From: a virus
Taxonomy: Duplodnaviria; Caudoviricetes
Virus record (IMG/VR): IMGVR_UViG_3300037234_000187
Location: 1 to 50,726 of that record
Length of the DNA stretch: 50,726 bases
Strand: one strand, 5' to 3'
A program made the position numbers and the translations under genes. Numbering within the stretch: position 1 is the first letter of the stretch; each line of letters starts with the position of its first letter. Under the pieces are notes generated by a model. The model had not been told where the DNA came from and did no database searches. It was given only the letters and a program-made list of their open reading frames with translations. This document shows positions 26,505 to 36,933 of this stretch, piece by piece.

Positions 26505-27251
26505 TTATGGTCCTGTTACTGCTCGTACACCGCTTGCGTCCTCACCATACAATCCAGTCAGATCAATAGCGTAGGGGGACAACTCACCGGCAAATATTAA
26601 AATAACATGGGCTGGCTTAATCTGCAACATACGTGCAACCATAGCCTCGCCCGAAACTGCCCAAGCTTCAGTAGCTGTTCCATCAATTTCCACAAGTGCA
26701 TACCTATTCCACACACCTAACTGGTTCAAACCAGTGTTACCCGAATCCACCCCTAGTTGGTTAAGCCCATCGTTACTTGAATCTACACCAAGCTCAAATC
26801 CGTAGTATTCAAAAACATCGGTAGATACCACAATGGTCCAACCCATATTAGCACCCTGCTCCACTAGATAGTCATCCGTGATGTAAATCTGCTCCCCGAA
26901 AATATGATCCCACACTATCTCCCGTTTCTGGGCATCTGTAAGTGCTGGATTAGCATGGTACTGTAGTACATTACCTGATAAAGTATTCCATCTAGGGAAG
27001 TTCTCAGATGTGATCGGGTTGACGTACTCATATGTTTTCAGTGCATAATTCTCTAAAAGATACAACTCCTGTGCGAACGTAGCCAAGAGCCTGGAGAACA
27101 CACTACCTGAGTTATCGGCCCAATTCAATATTAGGGCAGATATATCTACATCCCAAAACCTACCCTTGGGTAGTAGACCCTTGAGCATGATGAGGTAGTC
27201 CTTGGGGGTATGTCGCTCTTTTACGACTATATCATCAATACTAGGTGCCAT
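26505..27251 (-). CDS. Baseplate wedge protein (Mu gp48 / YmfQ-like)
   Basis: LKGLLPKGRFW, IKPAHV; follows baseplate J. Confidence 0.8.
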   Translation of the reverse strand: MAPSIDDIVVKERHTPKDYLIMLKGLLPKGRFWDVDISALILNWADNSGSVFSRLLATFAQELYLLENYALKTYEYVNPITSENFPRWNTLSGNVLQYHANPALTDAQKREIVWDHIFGEQIYITDDYLVEQGANMGWTIVVSTDVFEYYGFELGVDSSNDGLNQLGVDSGNTGLNQLGVWNRYALVEIDGTATEAWAVSGEAMVARMLQIKPAHVILIFAGELSPYAIDLTGLYGEDASGVRAVTGP

Positions 27252-28381
27252 TATAATAGCTCCTCAACGTCCACAGAAAATATAGAGTAAGCCTGGCCAT
27301 ATTGGATAGCTGGCGGTGGGTTAGGATTAGATGCTGGCGGTAAATTCTGATTCACATCATAATTCTTACCATCGGAGTGTCTAATTATCCAGCTAATGAT
27401 GTAGTCACCATCGGACCCTACCGCAGACGATATCGCATCCCGTATAGATGAAATTTTTACAATACCATTAGGTTCAGCCTCATCAATAAATAGTTGTGTA
27501 ATATTCTGAGATATGGACGTGGCTGCATCATCTGAATATGGTGTGATCTTAGTCACAATTGTCATCTCGATTGGGTCAATATCCAACACATCAGTATTGG
27601 CACCTACAACCTCTTTGACATCCAGTGCAGCAACTACTACGGCTTTAACCGTAGGATTTACCACTGATTTATCCACGCCAGCGATTATAGCGGCGGCTGT
27701 ACCTGGACCTTGGTAGTCTTCAGCGGGTAGAATCCACGCATACTCAACACCTTCCACGTCTAAACACTGTTGACTTAAATCGGGGACCGATCCTGAGGAT
27801 GGGCGATTGGCCCACCTATTTTCCACTCTACCACGTAGAGCTTCTTCAGTTTCCTCATCAGCACCACCAACTGGGCTGGATATGAAAGGAGCAGAAGTCT
27901 CAAATTGACCAGATACATCATCTACAAATAATAGCTCAGACGTATCCACATTACCACTAACACCATCTACGGACGCTTCGACATCAGCGTAAACGGACTC
28001 ACCAGCAGGCACTACCACATCTCGGGTGGTTACAAACTCAATTCCATCGGGATCTTCAAGACTAGTACCTACGTATACTGTACCACCACCTGCGACTAAT
28101 CCAGTAACCGATACTGTACCACGGGAAGGGCTGGCAGATTTAAGCCCAACACCCCAAGTAACTGCCAGGCGTTTGAGCCAATCTAATGCCGCTGTGTCGG
28201 GCATAAAGTTATTAGGTATTAACGCTATAAATAAGTATACAAGGTGTACGGCACCTGCGAACACATAGGCCATAACGGTTAGAAACGCCCTGGAGAAAAT
28301 ACCAGTATCTCCGGTTAGGCGAGTGTCCATATCAGCTTTGATACGGTTATAGATTGTAAGAAGTGATGGTACGTTTTCCAT
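27251..28381 (-). CDS. Baseplate J-like protein (Mu gp47)
   Basis: MPDTA..WL, GVSGN, GGADEETEEALRGR, GPGT. Confidence 0.92.
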   Translation of the reverse strand: MENVPSLLTIYNRIKADMDTRLTGDTGIFSRAFLTVMAYVFAGAVHLVYLFIALIPNNFMPDTAALDWLKRLAVTWGVGLKSASPSRGTVSVTGLVAGGGTVYVGTSLEDPDGIEFVTTRDVVVPAGESVYADVEASVDGVSGNVDTSELLFVDDVSGQFETSAPFISSPVGGADEETEEALRGRVENRWANRPSSGSVPDLSQQCLDVEGVEYAWILPAEDYQGPGTAAAIIAGVDKSVVNPTVKAVVVAALDVKEVVGANTDVLDIDPIEMTIVTKITPYSDDAATSISQNITQLFIDEAEPNGIVKISSIRDAISSAVGSDGDYIISWIIRHSDGKNYDVNQNLPPASNPNPPPAIQYGQAYSIFSVDVEELL

Positions 28382-28385
28382 ATTT

Positions 28386-28835
28386 TTATCCCTTTGTCAT
28401 GCTATCCCAATTTAAACTATATTCCTTGTTTAGTGACCCACCATCGATTCGCTCAATGGTTATATCCAGCACTAGTGTACCAGCTACTGCACTCGATGCG
28501 ACTATCACATCATCCGCTGCACCTTCTTCAATCATCCATATTAATGACTCGTAAGCATACTCTCTCGCTAGGTTTAAAGTATCCCTCGTTAACTTGGCAC
28601 GTTCCAGTAGCCACAACTTAGACCCGAGTGAAACCCCAAGAAGTACATCACCGAAAAACCCACGATTTTGTGCACCTGGTGGTAATTGGTCATCACTATC
28701 TGCACGGGCATCCGTAAGCAGTGAAATAGTAACTGCGGTCCAAATACCCTCATCATTCTTTAGGTCATTGTCGAGCATGGTTAAAACACCAAGCCCATCT
28801 ACACCCTGTAAAAATTCTACATCACCTTCTAACAT
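28386..28835 (-). CDS. Baseplate protein, Mu gp46 family
   Basis: TAVTISLLTDARA, RGFFGD, GSKLWLLERAKLT, AREYA.E.L.W. Confidence 0.92.
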   Translation of the reverse strand: MLEGDVEFLQGVDGLGVLTMLDNDLKNDEGIWTAVTISLLTDARADSDDQLPPGAQNRGFFGDVLLGVSLGSKLWLLERAKLTRDTLNLAREYAYESLIWMIEEGAADDVIVASSAVAGTLVLDITIERIDGGSLNKEYSLNWDSMTKG

Positions 28836-29207
28836 CTAATTGCTCCTTACCTTTGTCTGACCTGCAGACGATATCACAGCTTTGAATGTAATATCTTTAC
28901 TATCGAATGGGCTCACCGTATTGGTCACGGTAGCTGTGATTGTCTCAGATTCATCGTTCTCCCTGAGTACCAAACTTCCTTCGGCTTTAGATTTGGTAGA
29001 GGTGGCTGGGTAATTTGCCGTAAATGGCCCTGCACCCACATAGTTACCTTCAGTAACGACTGTAGCCGAAACAGTAGATCCATCTATGTGTACCCCACTC
29101 CCAGAAGCCTTAACCTTAATCGATGGCACATCTGTCAACAATAAGATCGCCGTGATACTAGGCGTATCCGTAGACATAATTAACCCACTAACTGCAACCC
29201 ATTCCAT
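28836..29207 (-). CDS. Baseplate-associated protein (possible spike tip)
   Basis: Position after spike gene; KSKAEG..VLR, SAGQTKV. Confidence 0.6.
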   Translation of the reverse strand: MEWVAVSGLIMSTDTPSITAILLLTDVPSIKVKASGSGVHIDGSTVSATVVTEGNYVGAGPFTANYPATSTKSKAEGSLVLRENDESETITATVTNTVSPFDSKDITFKAVISSAGQTKVRSN

Positions 29208-29596
29208 TAAGCCAGTACCTCTAAATTACCATTCAATACGATAGAAGCCCCTTGACTACCATCAATATTTATGGACCCATCTTCTTTCAGATAGATCTTA
29301 GATCCGTTCTTGTCGTACAGGCAGACTTCACCTTCTTTTAGGGCTTTTACACGATACTGACCACCATCCATAGCGATGATCACGTATCTGTCCACGTTAC
29401 CGCCAATATTTACACCAACGGAGGGTGCATCACTTGGTGGGTTGGAGGATAAACCATAGTTCTGGATTCTCTCCATACCTTCACGGGAAGACCCATTAAC
29501 CCCAGAGCCATTGATAAGCTGGATGTCATTGGAGTCATCAACACTGGTGCTGGTGAACTCTTGGATCATATTATATAATCTAGTTAGTATGTTCAT
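29207..29596 (-). CDS. Baseplate spike / assembly protein V (Mu gp45-like), short
   Basis: ERIQNYGLSSNPP, LKEGEVCLYD..G..I.L. Confidence 0.9.
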   Translation of the reverse strand: MNILTRLYNMIQEFTSTSVDDSNDIQLINGSGVNGSSREGMERIQNYGLSSNPPSDAPSVGVNIGGNVDRYVIIAMDGGQYRVKALKEGEVCLYDKNGSKIYLKEDGSINIDGSQGASIVLNGNLEVLA

Positions 29597-30765
29597 TTTT
29601 TCTTTTTCTTCTTCTTAATGTCCACTACCGACCCAGGGGACGGTTTGTATGTTCTGCGATCCACTAGGACTACCGATGACTTTCTACCCGAATTAGTGTC
29701 CGAGAAGGTTACCTCCGATATCATATAGTTATCGAGTGATTTCCATTTATCTACTGCTAAGGTAGCTATGGAATTGATTTGGAACGGCCTGTACACACTC
29801 GCCTGCCGTTCTAATTTTGTGAACCATCCAGGTACGGACACTGTAAACGAGGCAGATTGACCATTACGGACTTGCGCCTCCCAGTTGACCCTATCCTGGA
29901 CCACAGCCTTGGATACATTACTCTCAATCTGAAACACTTTAGGTCGATATCTCTTTACATTAAGGTCTTTAGCTTTGGCATTCAATGTGGTTGTACCTTT
30001 CCCCCACTTCTGACCTTTCCCTGAAACTTGACCATAGCAGGTGTAGTCCGAAAATTTATAATTATCACTGCGTGTCCGACTAACCGAGTACAGGTTTACC
30101 CCATATGTGAAATGTACACCCGGTGATTGATCCCACTGAGCATTCTCTAATAATAGATTTCCGAATTGATCAGACAATAGCATCACACCACGGGCTTTAG
30201 CTGCACGGGATAAAATAGCTGCAGGTGTCTCATCTGGACGCGCCACAAATTCTTTAAATGGTTGACTATGTTGCGCAGCTGTTCCAGTTACGAAGATATC
30301 GAAAGGCTTACATAAATCTTGTGCAATTTTATATAGTGTGGCATTTCGCCACTCATACCTAGGTACATCCACCGAGCATTGGGTTAGGTCGATTGTCTTA
30401 TCTGCTGCGGCTACGGACATTGTCCAGCCACCCTCCGTGATATTGTCACTCACACCTACAACCCACCCAGTCATCATAGGTGCTTCAGCTTTTTGTGAGA
30501 ATTGGGCTGTTCCATCGAATGGAGCTAGTGGATCAGTTTTAAACGAGTCTTCACTAATTACGGATACCTGAAAACTAGCACCATCGACAATATCGAAGGT
30601 GTTTTCACGATTGTTATCGCCCACTGCAATATTAAGACTGGCAGTACCTACTAGACTATCCATAGATCTGGTGATCTCTAAACTGGTCCATTCCCTAAAT
30701 ACAGAACCATCTATGGTTACAATTACATCGGAGTTATTGGGGAAAAATTCTTCATACATTGACAA
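29593..30765 (-). CDS. Baseplate hub protein (Mu gp44 / gpP)
   Basis: W....ITRSMD, DKTIDLTQCS, PDET...L.R.A, GVNL, KFSDY, RYRP, WEA..R. Confidence 0.9.
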   Translation of the reverse strand: MSMYEEFFPNNSDVIVTIDGSVFREWTSLEITRSMDSLVGTASLNIAVGDNNRENTFDIVDGASFQVSVISEDSFKTDPLAPFDGTAQFSQKAEAPMMTGWVVGVSDNITEGGWTMSVAAADKTIDLTQCSVDVPRYEWRNATLYKIAQDLCKPFDIFVTGTAAQHSQPFKEFVARPDETPAAILSRAAKARGVMLLSDQFGNLLLENAQWDQSPGVHFTYGVNLYSVSRTRSDNYKFSDYTCYGQVSGKGQKWGKGTTTLNAKAKDLNVKRYRPKVFQIESNVSKAVVQDRVNWEAQVRNGQSASFTVSVPGWFTKLERQASVYRPFQINSIATLAVDKWKSLDNYMISEVTFSDTNSGRKSSVVLVDRRTYKPSPGSVVDIKKKKKKK

Positions 30766-31921
30766 GCACCCTCAGTTCAACACCTGCGGCTAGAAACCCA
30801 GGATAGTCAATTTTGTTGGAGGCTACAATATTGGCAATTGGATCGATATTACCATATATCCCGTAGGTGTAGTCTAGAATATTTGATACATTTAATGGGG
30901 CCACGTTCTTCTGTTGGGACAAACGGATACTTACCAAATCTAAATGTTCATTCACGGCATATCGTGCGTCACGTATGGATGAAGTAGTTTGGACAGAAGT
31001 ATTGTCATTACCCTCAAGTTCAGCCAAGGTATCATTAATTGTAGTTCGCGTACTGTCAGCCTCTGCTGTAGTCAAGAATGACATCTGGGTAACTACACCA
31101 ACAGCAGCAGAAGCCGCTATGAAGGTCTGGAAATCTTGGATAGCCTTAGCTAATGACCATCTAGGGTCCGAATATTTTTTAGATAATTCAATTAGCTCAT
31201 TGAATCTGTTTCGTATTTGATCTGGGCTGAGTTGAGACAGTCTCTCCTCAGTAGATCCGAAATCCATTAGGTTGATGATCGACCCTATAATATCTTCAAT
31301 AGTGTACTTTAGCTCAATACCTTTACCGATAGAGTTGTATATTTCCCTCTTAAACTCTTCAGCATCTGCTACCGTTTGTCGAACCTTGCGAACTTGGTCA
31401 ATACCATTATTAAATACTTTCTGGGCATCACGAATATACTGGGCTGGTTTTTTATCACGGGTGTAGATATCATTAAGATTGTCAGTTGCAGAACTAATCA
31501 TGGCCTTTTTAGCACCCTGAACTTTAGCCTCAGCCGAAATAGCTCTCCATGTAGTAATCGTTCTTTCTTCAGTTAAAGTAATGGAGAATGTCAACATCCC
31601 GCCATCCACAGAAGTGTTTGTGAAAGTGTACTGTCCAGCACGGGCTGAATAGATACCCTTAAACGGATGATTGAAGGTTCCTGGGCCTTTACGGTCAAAA
31701 GCTTTTTGAAGCTTGTCCCACTGGTCTAGATAGTCATCACCGACCAAATACCCACTAATCTGCCAAGAGTTATACATTTTCCCAACATCTTCATTCACCA
31801 CAGCATCCCTACCGGGCATCAAATGGTTGTTAACCCTTCGGCCACCTCCATCCTGAATGTCCGTGAAGAAGAACCTTACTTTCCTAAATGATGCTGATTT
31901 TATCTCGTCTTTCCAACTCAT
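30752..31921 (-). CDS. DNA circularization protein N-like tail protein (Mu gp43)
   Basis: ASFRKVRFF, GGRR...H..PGRD...ED.G, GPGT..HP..G; start ATG 31921. Confidence 0.9.
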   Translation of the reverse strand: MSWKDEIKSASFRKVRFFFTDIQDGGGRRVNNHLMPGRDAVVNEDVGKMYNSWQISGYLVGDDYLDQWDKLQKAFDRKGPGTFNHPFKGIYSARAGQYTFTNTSVDGGMLTFSITLTEERTITTWRAISAEAKVQGAKKAMISSATDNLNDIYTRDKKPAQYIRDAQKVFNNGIDQVRKVRQTVADAEEFKREIYNSIGKGIELKYTIEDIIGSIINLMDFGSTEERLSQLSPDQIRNRFNELIELSKKYSDPRWSLAKAIQDFQTFIAASAAVGVVTQMSFLTTAEADSTRTTINDTLAELEGNDNTSVQTTSSIRDARYAVNEHLDLVSIRLSQQKNVAPLNVSNILDYTYGIYGNIDPIANIVASNKIDYPGFLAAGVELRVLVNV

Positions 31922-31922
31922 A

Positions 31923-33902
31923 CTAATTTCCAGATGTTGCGAGGTTTTTACCCCCAGAATTATCGACAAATGCCTGCTTTACTGTGCCTGAATTTGGGTC
32001 CACAATGATATTGATATTGAGTCCAGTTAGATCTAACATGGAATTAGCATTACCCATAGGTAATCCAAGTGCTCTCATTTTGGCAAATTCTTCTTCACGC
32101 CCTACCCTAGTATACTGTTGTGTACCCTCTGTTCTGGCCCATTGACCTGTATTCATAGATCTAAGGTCGGCAGCCTCACCCTCGGTCATTTCGGCTGCTC
32201 CCGGAAGTGCACTAGTGGCACTACGTAATATTCCCATAGCTCGTGGATTTGAGAATAGATTATATCCCGTAGACCCACGTACATCAAATACACTTTTAGC
32301 TGCCTTAGATGTCTCTCTAGCTACAGAACCTGCTCTAGTTTCAGCGAAGTACTTTTTGAATATCTCAGGGTTCTCTTGTACCCTCTTACGCATCAACTCT
32401 TCGTCTCTAAGATACATACCCGCAGCTTTTGCGTTATGCTCTAAGTTCATACCACCCTCAACCACATCGGCTAGGGTCTTGACGGATACTGCTGCTGCTG
32501 CCAATGGCACTACTAATCCAAGTGCAGATGCAAGTATAGATGTAAAACCACCAGCTATTCCACTAACACTAGCGGCAGTGGATGCAAAGGCCGCATCTTT
32601 GGCAAACAGGCCCAAAATGTATGCAGATTCACTAGCACCCTTCAGTACCATAAATGCTGTACCTAGTCCCATTATCGAACTAGTCAATGTACCAATAGCC
32701 CATGCTGCCAATGGCATAGCCATCAGTAACGGTATCAATGTACCAACAGTCTTCATAAACATTGGGGACGAAGCGTTAAATGAACGTATACCTTTTGTAA
32801 ATACGTGAAGGGCTCCAGTAATCCCAGCGAACATGCCACCAGCACCCATTAGCTCTAGGCTAAGTGCTTCGATAGCGGAAACAAAGTCCATAGTAGTACC
32901 GACACCATTACTACGCATGATCTTATCCATCGCATTCAATGAGTCAACACCGGCCCCCATCAACATCTTAGATAGTTCGTGGGTGGCTTCTTTGCCTTCG
33001 GTTAATGCTCTAGATAAAACGGTAGCACCGGCAATAGCCCGCATTCCGAAAATGTTTTTAAGTGCTGCGAGTGTTTCTTGTTGTGTCTTACCCTTACTGG
33101 CACTGAAAAAGTCTTTCAGTATCTCCCCAGGATGGCGCATATTACCACCCATATCGGCTACTTCCACCCCAAAGTCCTTCAAATAACCACTAGCTTTCTT
33201 TGTGGGTGCAGCTAGTCGTAGCATCATGTTCTTTAGAACAGTAGCACCTCGAGTGCCCTGAATACCTGCGTTACCTAGTAAACCAGTAAAGAGTGCAGTA
33301 TCGCGTAGGCTTAGTCCATACATTTTGGCAACAGGCGCAGCCATTGCAAAAGTCTTAGCAACCTGAGCTAGATTTACATTAGTTTTGGCTGTGACCATAG
33401 CTAGAACACCAGCTATTTCTCCAGTCTCTCCCGCCTCTTTACCATAGGCTTTCATGATATTGGAAACCCAGTCGGCGGTTTCACCCAATCCAGAGGATGT
33501 AGCTGTCGCTAGTTTTAGAGTCGGCTCGATAGCCGCAAAGATTTCGCCAGTATTGAAACCAGCTTGAGCTAAGTAACCCATACCCTGTGCAACAGCCCGG
33601 GCTGAGTGGACGGTAGTGCCACCAAGTTCTTTAGCTTTCATACGTAGTTCATCAATTGATTTACCACGTTTGGTGGATTTAGCCTCCACCATATTCATAA
33701 ATTTATTAAAATCTAGGGCTGTTTTGAACATAGCCCCAGTCATCATGGCCATAGGGAGTGTGAACCCCATAGTCATGGCTCTACCCTTATTGGATAGATT
33801 TTTGGCAGATGAGTTGACCTTGTTGGTCATTCTGCCGTAAGTGGTGGAGAATTTATCCACGGCCATAATAGCGACTTTAATTGGTGGCATACCGATGGCC
33901 AT
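31923..33902 (-). CDS. Tail tape measure protein (TP901 family)
   Basis: LRMKAKELGGTT..SA, LAQAGF, LGNAGIQGTRGAT.LK. Confidence 0.93.
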   Translation of the reverse strand: MAIGMPPIKVAIMAVDKFSTTYGRMTNKVNSSAKNLSNKGRAMTMGFTLPMAMMTGAMFKTALDFNKFMNMVEAKSTKRGKSIDELRMKAKELGGTTVHSARAVAQGMGYLAQAGFNTGEIFAAIEPTLKLATATSSGLGETADWVSNIMKAYGKEAGETGEIAGVLAMVTAKTNVNLAQVAKTFAMAAPVAKMYGLSLRDTALFTGLLGNAGIQGTRGATVLKNMMLRLAAPTKKASGYLKDFGVEVADMGGNMRHPGEILKDFFSASKGKTQQETLAALKNIFGMRAIAGATVLSRALTEGKEATHELSKMLMGAGVDSLNAMDKIMRSNGVGTTMDFVSAIEALSLELMGAGGMFAGITGALHVFTKGIRSFNASSPMFMKTVGTLIPLLMAMPLAAWAIGTLTSSIMGLGTAFMVLKGASESAYILGLFAKDAAFASTAASVSGIAGGFTSILASALGLVVPLAAAAVSVKTLADVVEGGMNLEHNAKAAGMYLRDEELMRKRVQENPEIFKKYFAETRAGSVARETSKAAKSVFDVRGSTGYNLFSNPRAMGILRSATSALPGAAEMTEGEAADLRSMNTGQWARTEGTQQYTRVGREEEFAKMRALGLPMGNANSMLDLTGLNINIIVDPNSGTVKQAFVDNSGGKNLATSGN

Positions 33903-33911
33903 GGGACTCTC

Positions 33912-34073
33912 CTATTTTGATTTATATCGTTTTCGCAGTACAGTGGTGGCAGCTTTTGCCCACCTACGTAGTTCTGGCGCGGTTAAACTTCCAAGGACAC
34001 TGGGTGTCCAATTGTAAGCCTCTGCAATTATTTCTTGGGCTAATTCCCAGTCCCCCGGCCATTTACTAAAAAA
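33912..34073 (-). CDS. -1 frameshift extension of tail chaperone (gpE+E'/gpGT type)
   Basis: Slippery T TTT TTA at 34073-34067; -1 frame reads SKWPGDWELAQEIIAEAYNWTPSVLGSLTAPELRRWAKAA...K* (P2 GpE'-like W.PS.L....EL..W). Confidence 0.8.
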   Translation of the reverse strand, partial: FFSKWPGDWELAQEIIAEAYNWTPSVLGSLTAPELRRWAKAATTVLRKRYKSK

Positions 34074-34399
34074 TACATGGTGATACCAATAGCCTGTTCG
34101 AAGTCTTCAAATGCGATCTTCTCAATCAAAGCTATAGGGGTTCCCGTCATGTGCGAAATCAATGGTTTCCAGTACTTTTTAGGGTATTTGCCCATATTAC
34201 CCAGGAAGTCCAGTGGCAAGTCTTCGGTAGCTAGGGAGGTCAATGCACTTTTGTACACTAATGAGTCCTTAAGTACGGTGTCACCTTTCGCATTCATAAG
34301 TGGTGTACTTAATGGCTGCACATGCCCTATTTTGAAGTCTTGGGCATTGAACGCCTCAAACGCCTCTTCTAACTGTTCGTCTGTTATTTCTTCAGTCAT
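34040..34399 (-). CDS. Tail assembly chaperone
   Basis: Between tube and TMP; LISHMTG.P...IEKI..EDF. Confidence 0.85.
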   Translation of the reverse strand: MTEEITDEQLEEAFEAFNAQDFKIGHVQPLSTPLMNAKGDTVLKDSLVYKSALTSLATEDLPLDFLGNMGKYPKKYWKPLISHMTGTPIALIEKIAFEDFEQAIGITMYFLVNGRGTGN

Positions 34400-34426
34400 C
34401 TTTGTTCCTTTGTAACTGAGGTGAAT

Positions 34427-34451
34427 AAACCCCGACTAATTGCCGGGGTTA
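34427..34451 (-). terminator. Terminator after tail tube gene
   Basis: AACCCCGG caattag TCGGGGTTTATT. Confidence 0.65.
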
Positions 34452-34461
34452 AGTATTTTGA

Positions 34462-34827
34462 TTAGGCTACCCAATCTCCAGAAGATCCCTGATACTCGAA
34501 ATCCATAGTACCTTCTGCTGACATGTAGTTACCATCAGCCGCAAAGTCTGAGTCATTCATTACGAATACACGACCGTCTGGCTGAGTTACCGTGATCTGA
34601 GCACCACGGATATTTACGATATCTCGCTCAATGTCCACATCTTCTGTGATTCGGAATGAACCTTTCACATAAGGTGGCTCAAATTCTTCCTTAGAGCCTT
34701 GTGGTTCACCGTTAGGGCCGATAAGCTTAGTAGCTTTACCGCCCGTACCCTTACAATCTACATCACCGGTCACGGGCATTTTCGTACCGTTGATGTCTAG
34801 TTCCCAATTACCTGCAATTCTTGCCAT
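34462..34827 (-). CDS. Tail tube protein (Mu gpM-like)
   Basis: MARIAG...INGT, G.KE...PY..G; follows sheath. Confidence 0.85.
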   Translation of the reverse strand: MARIAGNWELDINGTKMPVTGDVDCKGTGGKATKLIGPNGEPQGSKEEFEPPYVKGSFRITEDVDIERDIVNIRGAQITVTQPDGRVFVMNDSDFAADGNYMSAEGTMDFEYQGSSGDWVA

Positions 34828-36296
34828 TATCCAACTCCTTGAAGTTTGAAGCCCAAGTTAGCACTTGCCACGATCAATTGGTTAACGAGATCTGGAGGTA
34901 AGAACCAGTTTAAGCGATTTGGATTACTTAGATCACGTTCACAGCGAACATCATCTTTAAACTGTTGAAGATTCTCTACGATACCTTCACCTTCTAATTC
35001 TTTGAACCAAGCTACAGCTAGTGCTTTACCCTTTCGAGGTGTGATAACTTTACCGCCAGAACGAATCTGTTCGGTACTGTTAGCCAATTTAGCACGGGCA
35101 TATTGATCTAAAACCTTAGAACGGAAAGTAAAACGTAAGTACAATAATGTCCAAAGTGTGTTCTGCAAGCGATAGATATCACTAGCACCATTTGAATCAT
35201 TTTTTAAATACATGGTTACTGCATTTTCAGTACGTACACCGACATCGTCCGTATATGTAGAGATACCGAATTGGCCCATTTCATTACGGTCTGCGAAAGA
35301 TCTAACATCTTCAGTAGATAGTACTGCGATACCGACTAGTGGCATACGGTGTAATGGAGTGGCTACATCATTCACAGATAGTGTACTGTTGATGGTAGCA
35401 GAGGCTTCAGCAGCGGCAAATTCTGAAATAGTATTCAAACGTGCGTTATAGTCACCAAAGTTCACCAATTTACTATTACGTGCAGCAGCTGTAGAAATTA
35501 CTTTCAACTCAGATTTAGATCCACGATCTCCTGTGAAGTAGTATGTATCTTTTTGAACATCTACAGACCATTGAGTATCTAGCCAGATCTGAAGATCAGT
35601 CAAGAATGTATTGTCCGAGAAAGGTCCAGAGATTACTTCGTACCAGCGTTCACCGATTCCAGCTGTAAATTCAGCAGCGGTTACAACACCAGTACCTACA
35701 GAATATACGATACCTGTGATTGAGAACCCGGCAGGGGTAGTCTCACCAGCAGAGTAGTTGAAGCGGAAATCCATGTCACCTACGCCGAGGCCAAGTTCTT
35801 TGGAAGTCAAAGTCAATATACCAACACCGCCAACAGCCGAAGCTTGAGCGTAGGCATCTGCAGTAACTAGTGCAGCTAGTGCCGCAAGAGCTTCGTCAAT
35901 AGTATCATCTACAGCAACAGGTGTAGCATATCGGACATTGTTCAAATATCCAACTAATTCCCCAGAGGATGTAGCCGTACCCGTAGCCGATACTACAGTA
36001 GCCGATGCAGTACCAGCAGGTGCCGCAGCGAAGATCATATCCAATGGAATAGTGGAACTATTAAGCCTATGCTTAATGGCAGCAGGGTATGCTGCAGATC
36101 CAGCACCAGCTAAAGCGATCACTTCATCGGGGTCTGAGATTTCATATACTTTACCGGCATCGGCTGTGCCGCCTGCCAGTTTTTGCCCGATGATTAACGC
36201 GCGTGCAGGTACTTTTGAAAGACCAGCCGTGTTATTAGTATCATCGAAGTCAACCCCCACAAATGGGGATGTTACATTAGTTGGGACTCCAGCCAT
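34827..36296 (-). CDS. Contractile tail sheath protein (Mu gpL-like)
   Basis: ALIIGQKL, AGAGS, AVTMY, YLRFTFR, ITP, RDLSNPNRLN...PPDLVNQL. Confidence 0.95.
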   Translation of the reverse strand: MAGVPTNVTSPFVGVDFDDTNNTAGLSKVPARALIIGQKLAGGTADAGKVYEISDPDEVIALAGAGSAAYPAAIKHRLNSSTIPLDMIFAAAPAGTASATVVSATGTATSSGELVGYLNNVRYATPVAVDDTIDEALAALAALVTADAYAQASAVGGVGILTLTSKELGLGVGDMDFRFNYSAGETTPAGFSITGIVYSVGTGVVTAAEFTAGIGERWYEVISGPFSDNTFLTDLQIWLDTQWSVDVQKDTYYFTGDRGSKSELKVISTAAARNSKLVNFGDYNARLNTISEFAAAEASATINSTLSVNDVATPLHRMPLVGIAVLSTEDVRSFADRNEMGQFGISTYTDDVGVRTENAVTMYLKNDSNGASDIYRLQNTLWTLLYLRFTFRSKVLDQYARAKLANSTEQIRSGGKVITPRKGKALAVAWFKELEGEGIVENLQQFKDDVRCERDLSNPNRLNWFLPPDLVNQLIVASANLGFKLQGVG

Positions 36297-36345
36297 GTAA
36301 TTACTCCTTCTTTTGGTTTACTGTAAATTTAGATCAAAGATTCAA

Positions 36346-36933
36346 TTACGACTCTAGATCCCCTTTCGCTTCGATTAAGACTAATGATTGGTCTTCATGG
36401 TCTACAATCTCGGCTATGTATGTTTCAAAGTCTTCGTACCTGTATTCAAGCACCCGTTCTTCGTTGTACGGTATTTTGTAAGACATGGTGTAGGATAATG
36501 GCCTTGCCTGCCCCTCACCTGAATAAATTGCTACCGTCCCCTGGTAAAATACCCCAGAAGATAAACCCTGTGACGGGAAACCATTTGGATCAAAATCTGG
36601 TAGACCTTTCATTAGGTAGATGTCATCCGTTATCACATTTTGTATCTTGTACTTGATGTCATCTATGAAATCTTCAGGTGATGCGCCGTCAGTAATGGTG
36701 TTTTCTGTAATAGCTATGGATATGTCATAATTGAGCCCAAAATCTTGCTCATCAGTATTTCCCATTCCTGAAGGTGTTTCATTCTCTTCAGTTTTGAATT
36801 GGATGAATACTGCTGGATAATACTTCTCATCAATGTTTATAGCCTTACCGAGTACGATGTAGCGAACTGTGTCACCAATCTCACCCTGCAGCATACTGAC
36901 TAGATAATTTCTTATAAATTTTGGATAGTTCAC
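36346..36933 (-). CDS. Putative tail terminator / completion protein
   Basis: IRNYLVSML, YPAVFI; position before sheath. Confidence 0.6.
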   Translation of the reverse strand: MNYPKFIRNYLVSMLQGEIGDTVRYIVLGKAINIDEKYYPAVFIQFKTEENETPSGMGNTDEQDFGLNYDISIAITENTITDGASPEDFIDDIKYKIQNVITDDIYLMKGLPDFDPNGFPSQGLSSGVFYQGTVAIYSGEGQARPLSYTMSYKIPYNEERVLEYRYEDFETYIAEIVDHEDQSLVLIEAKGDLES

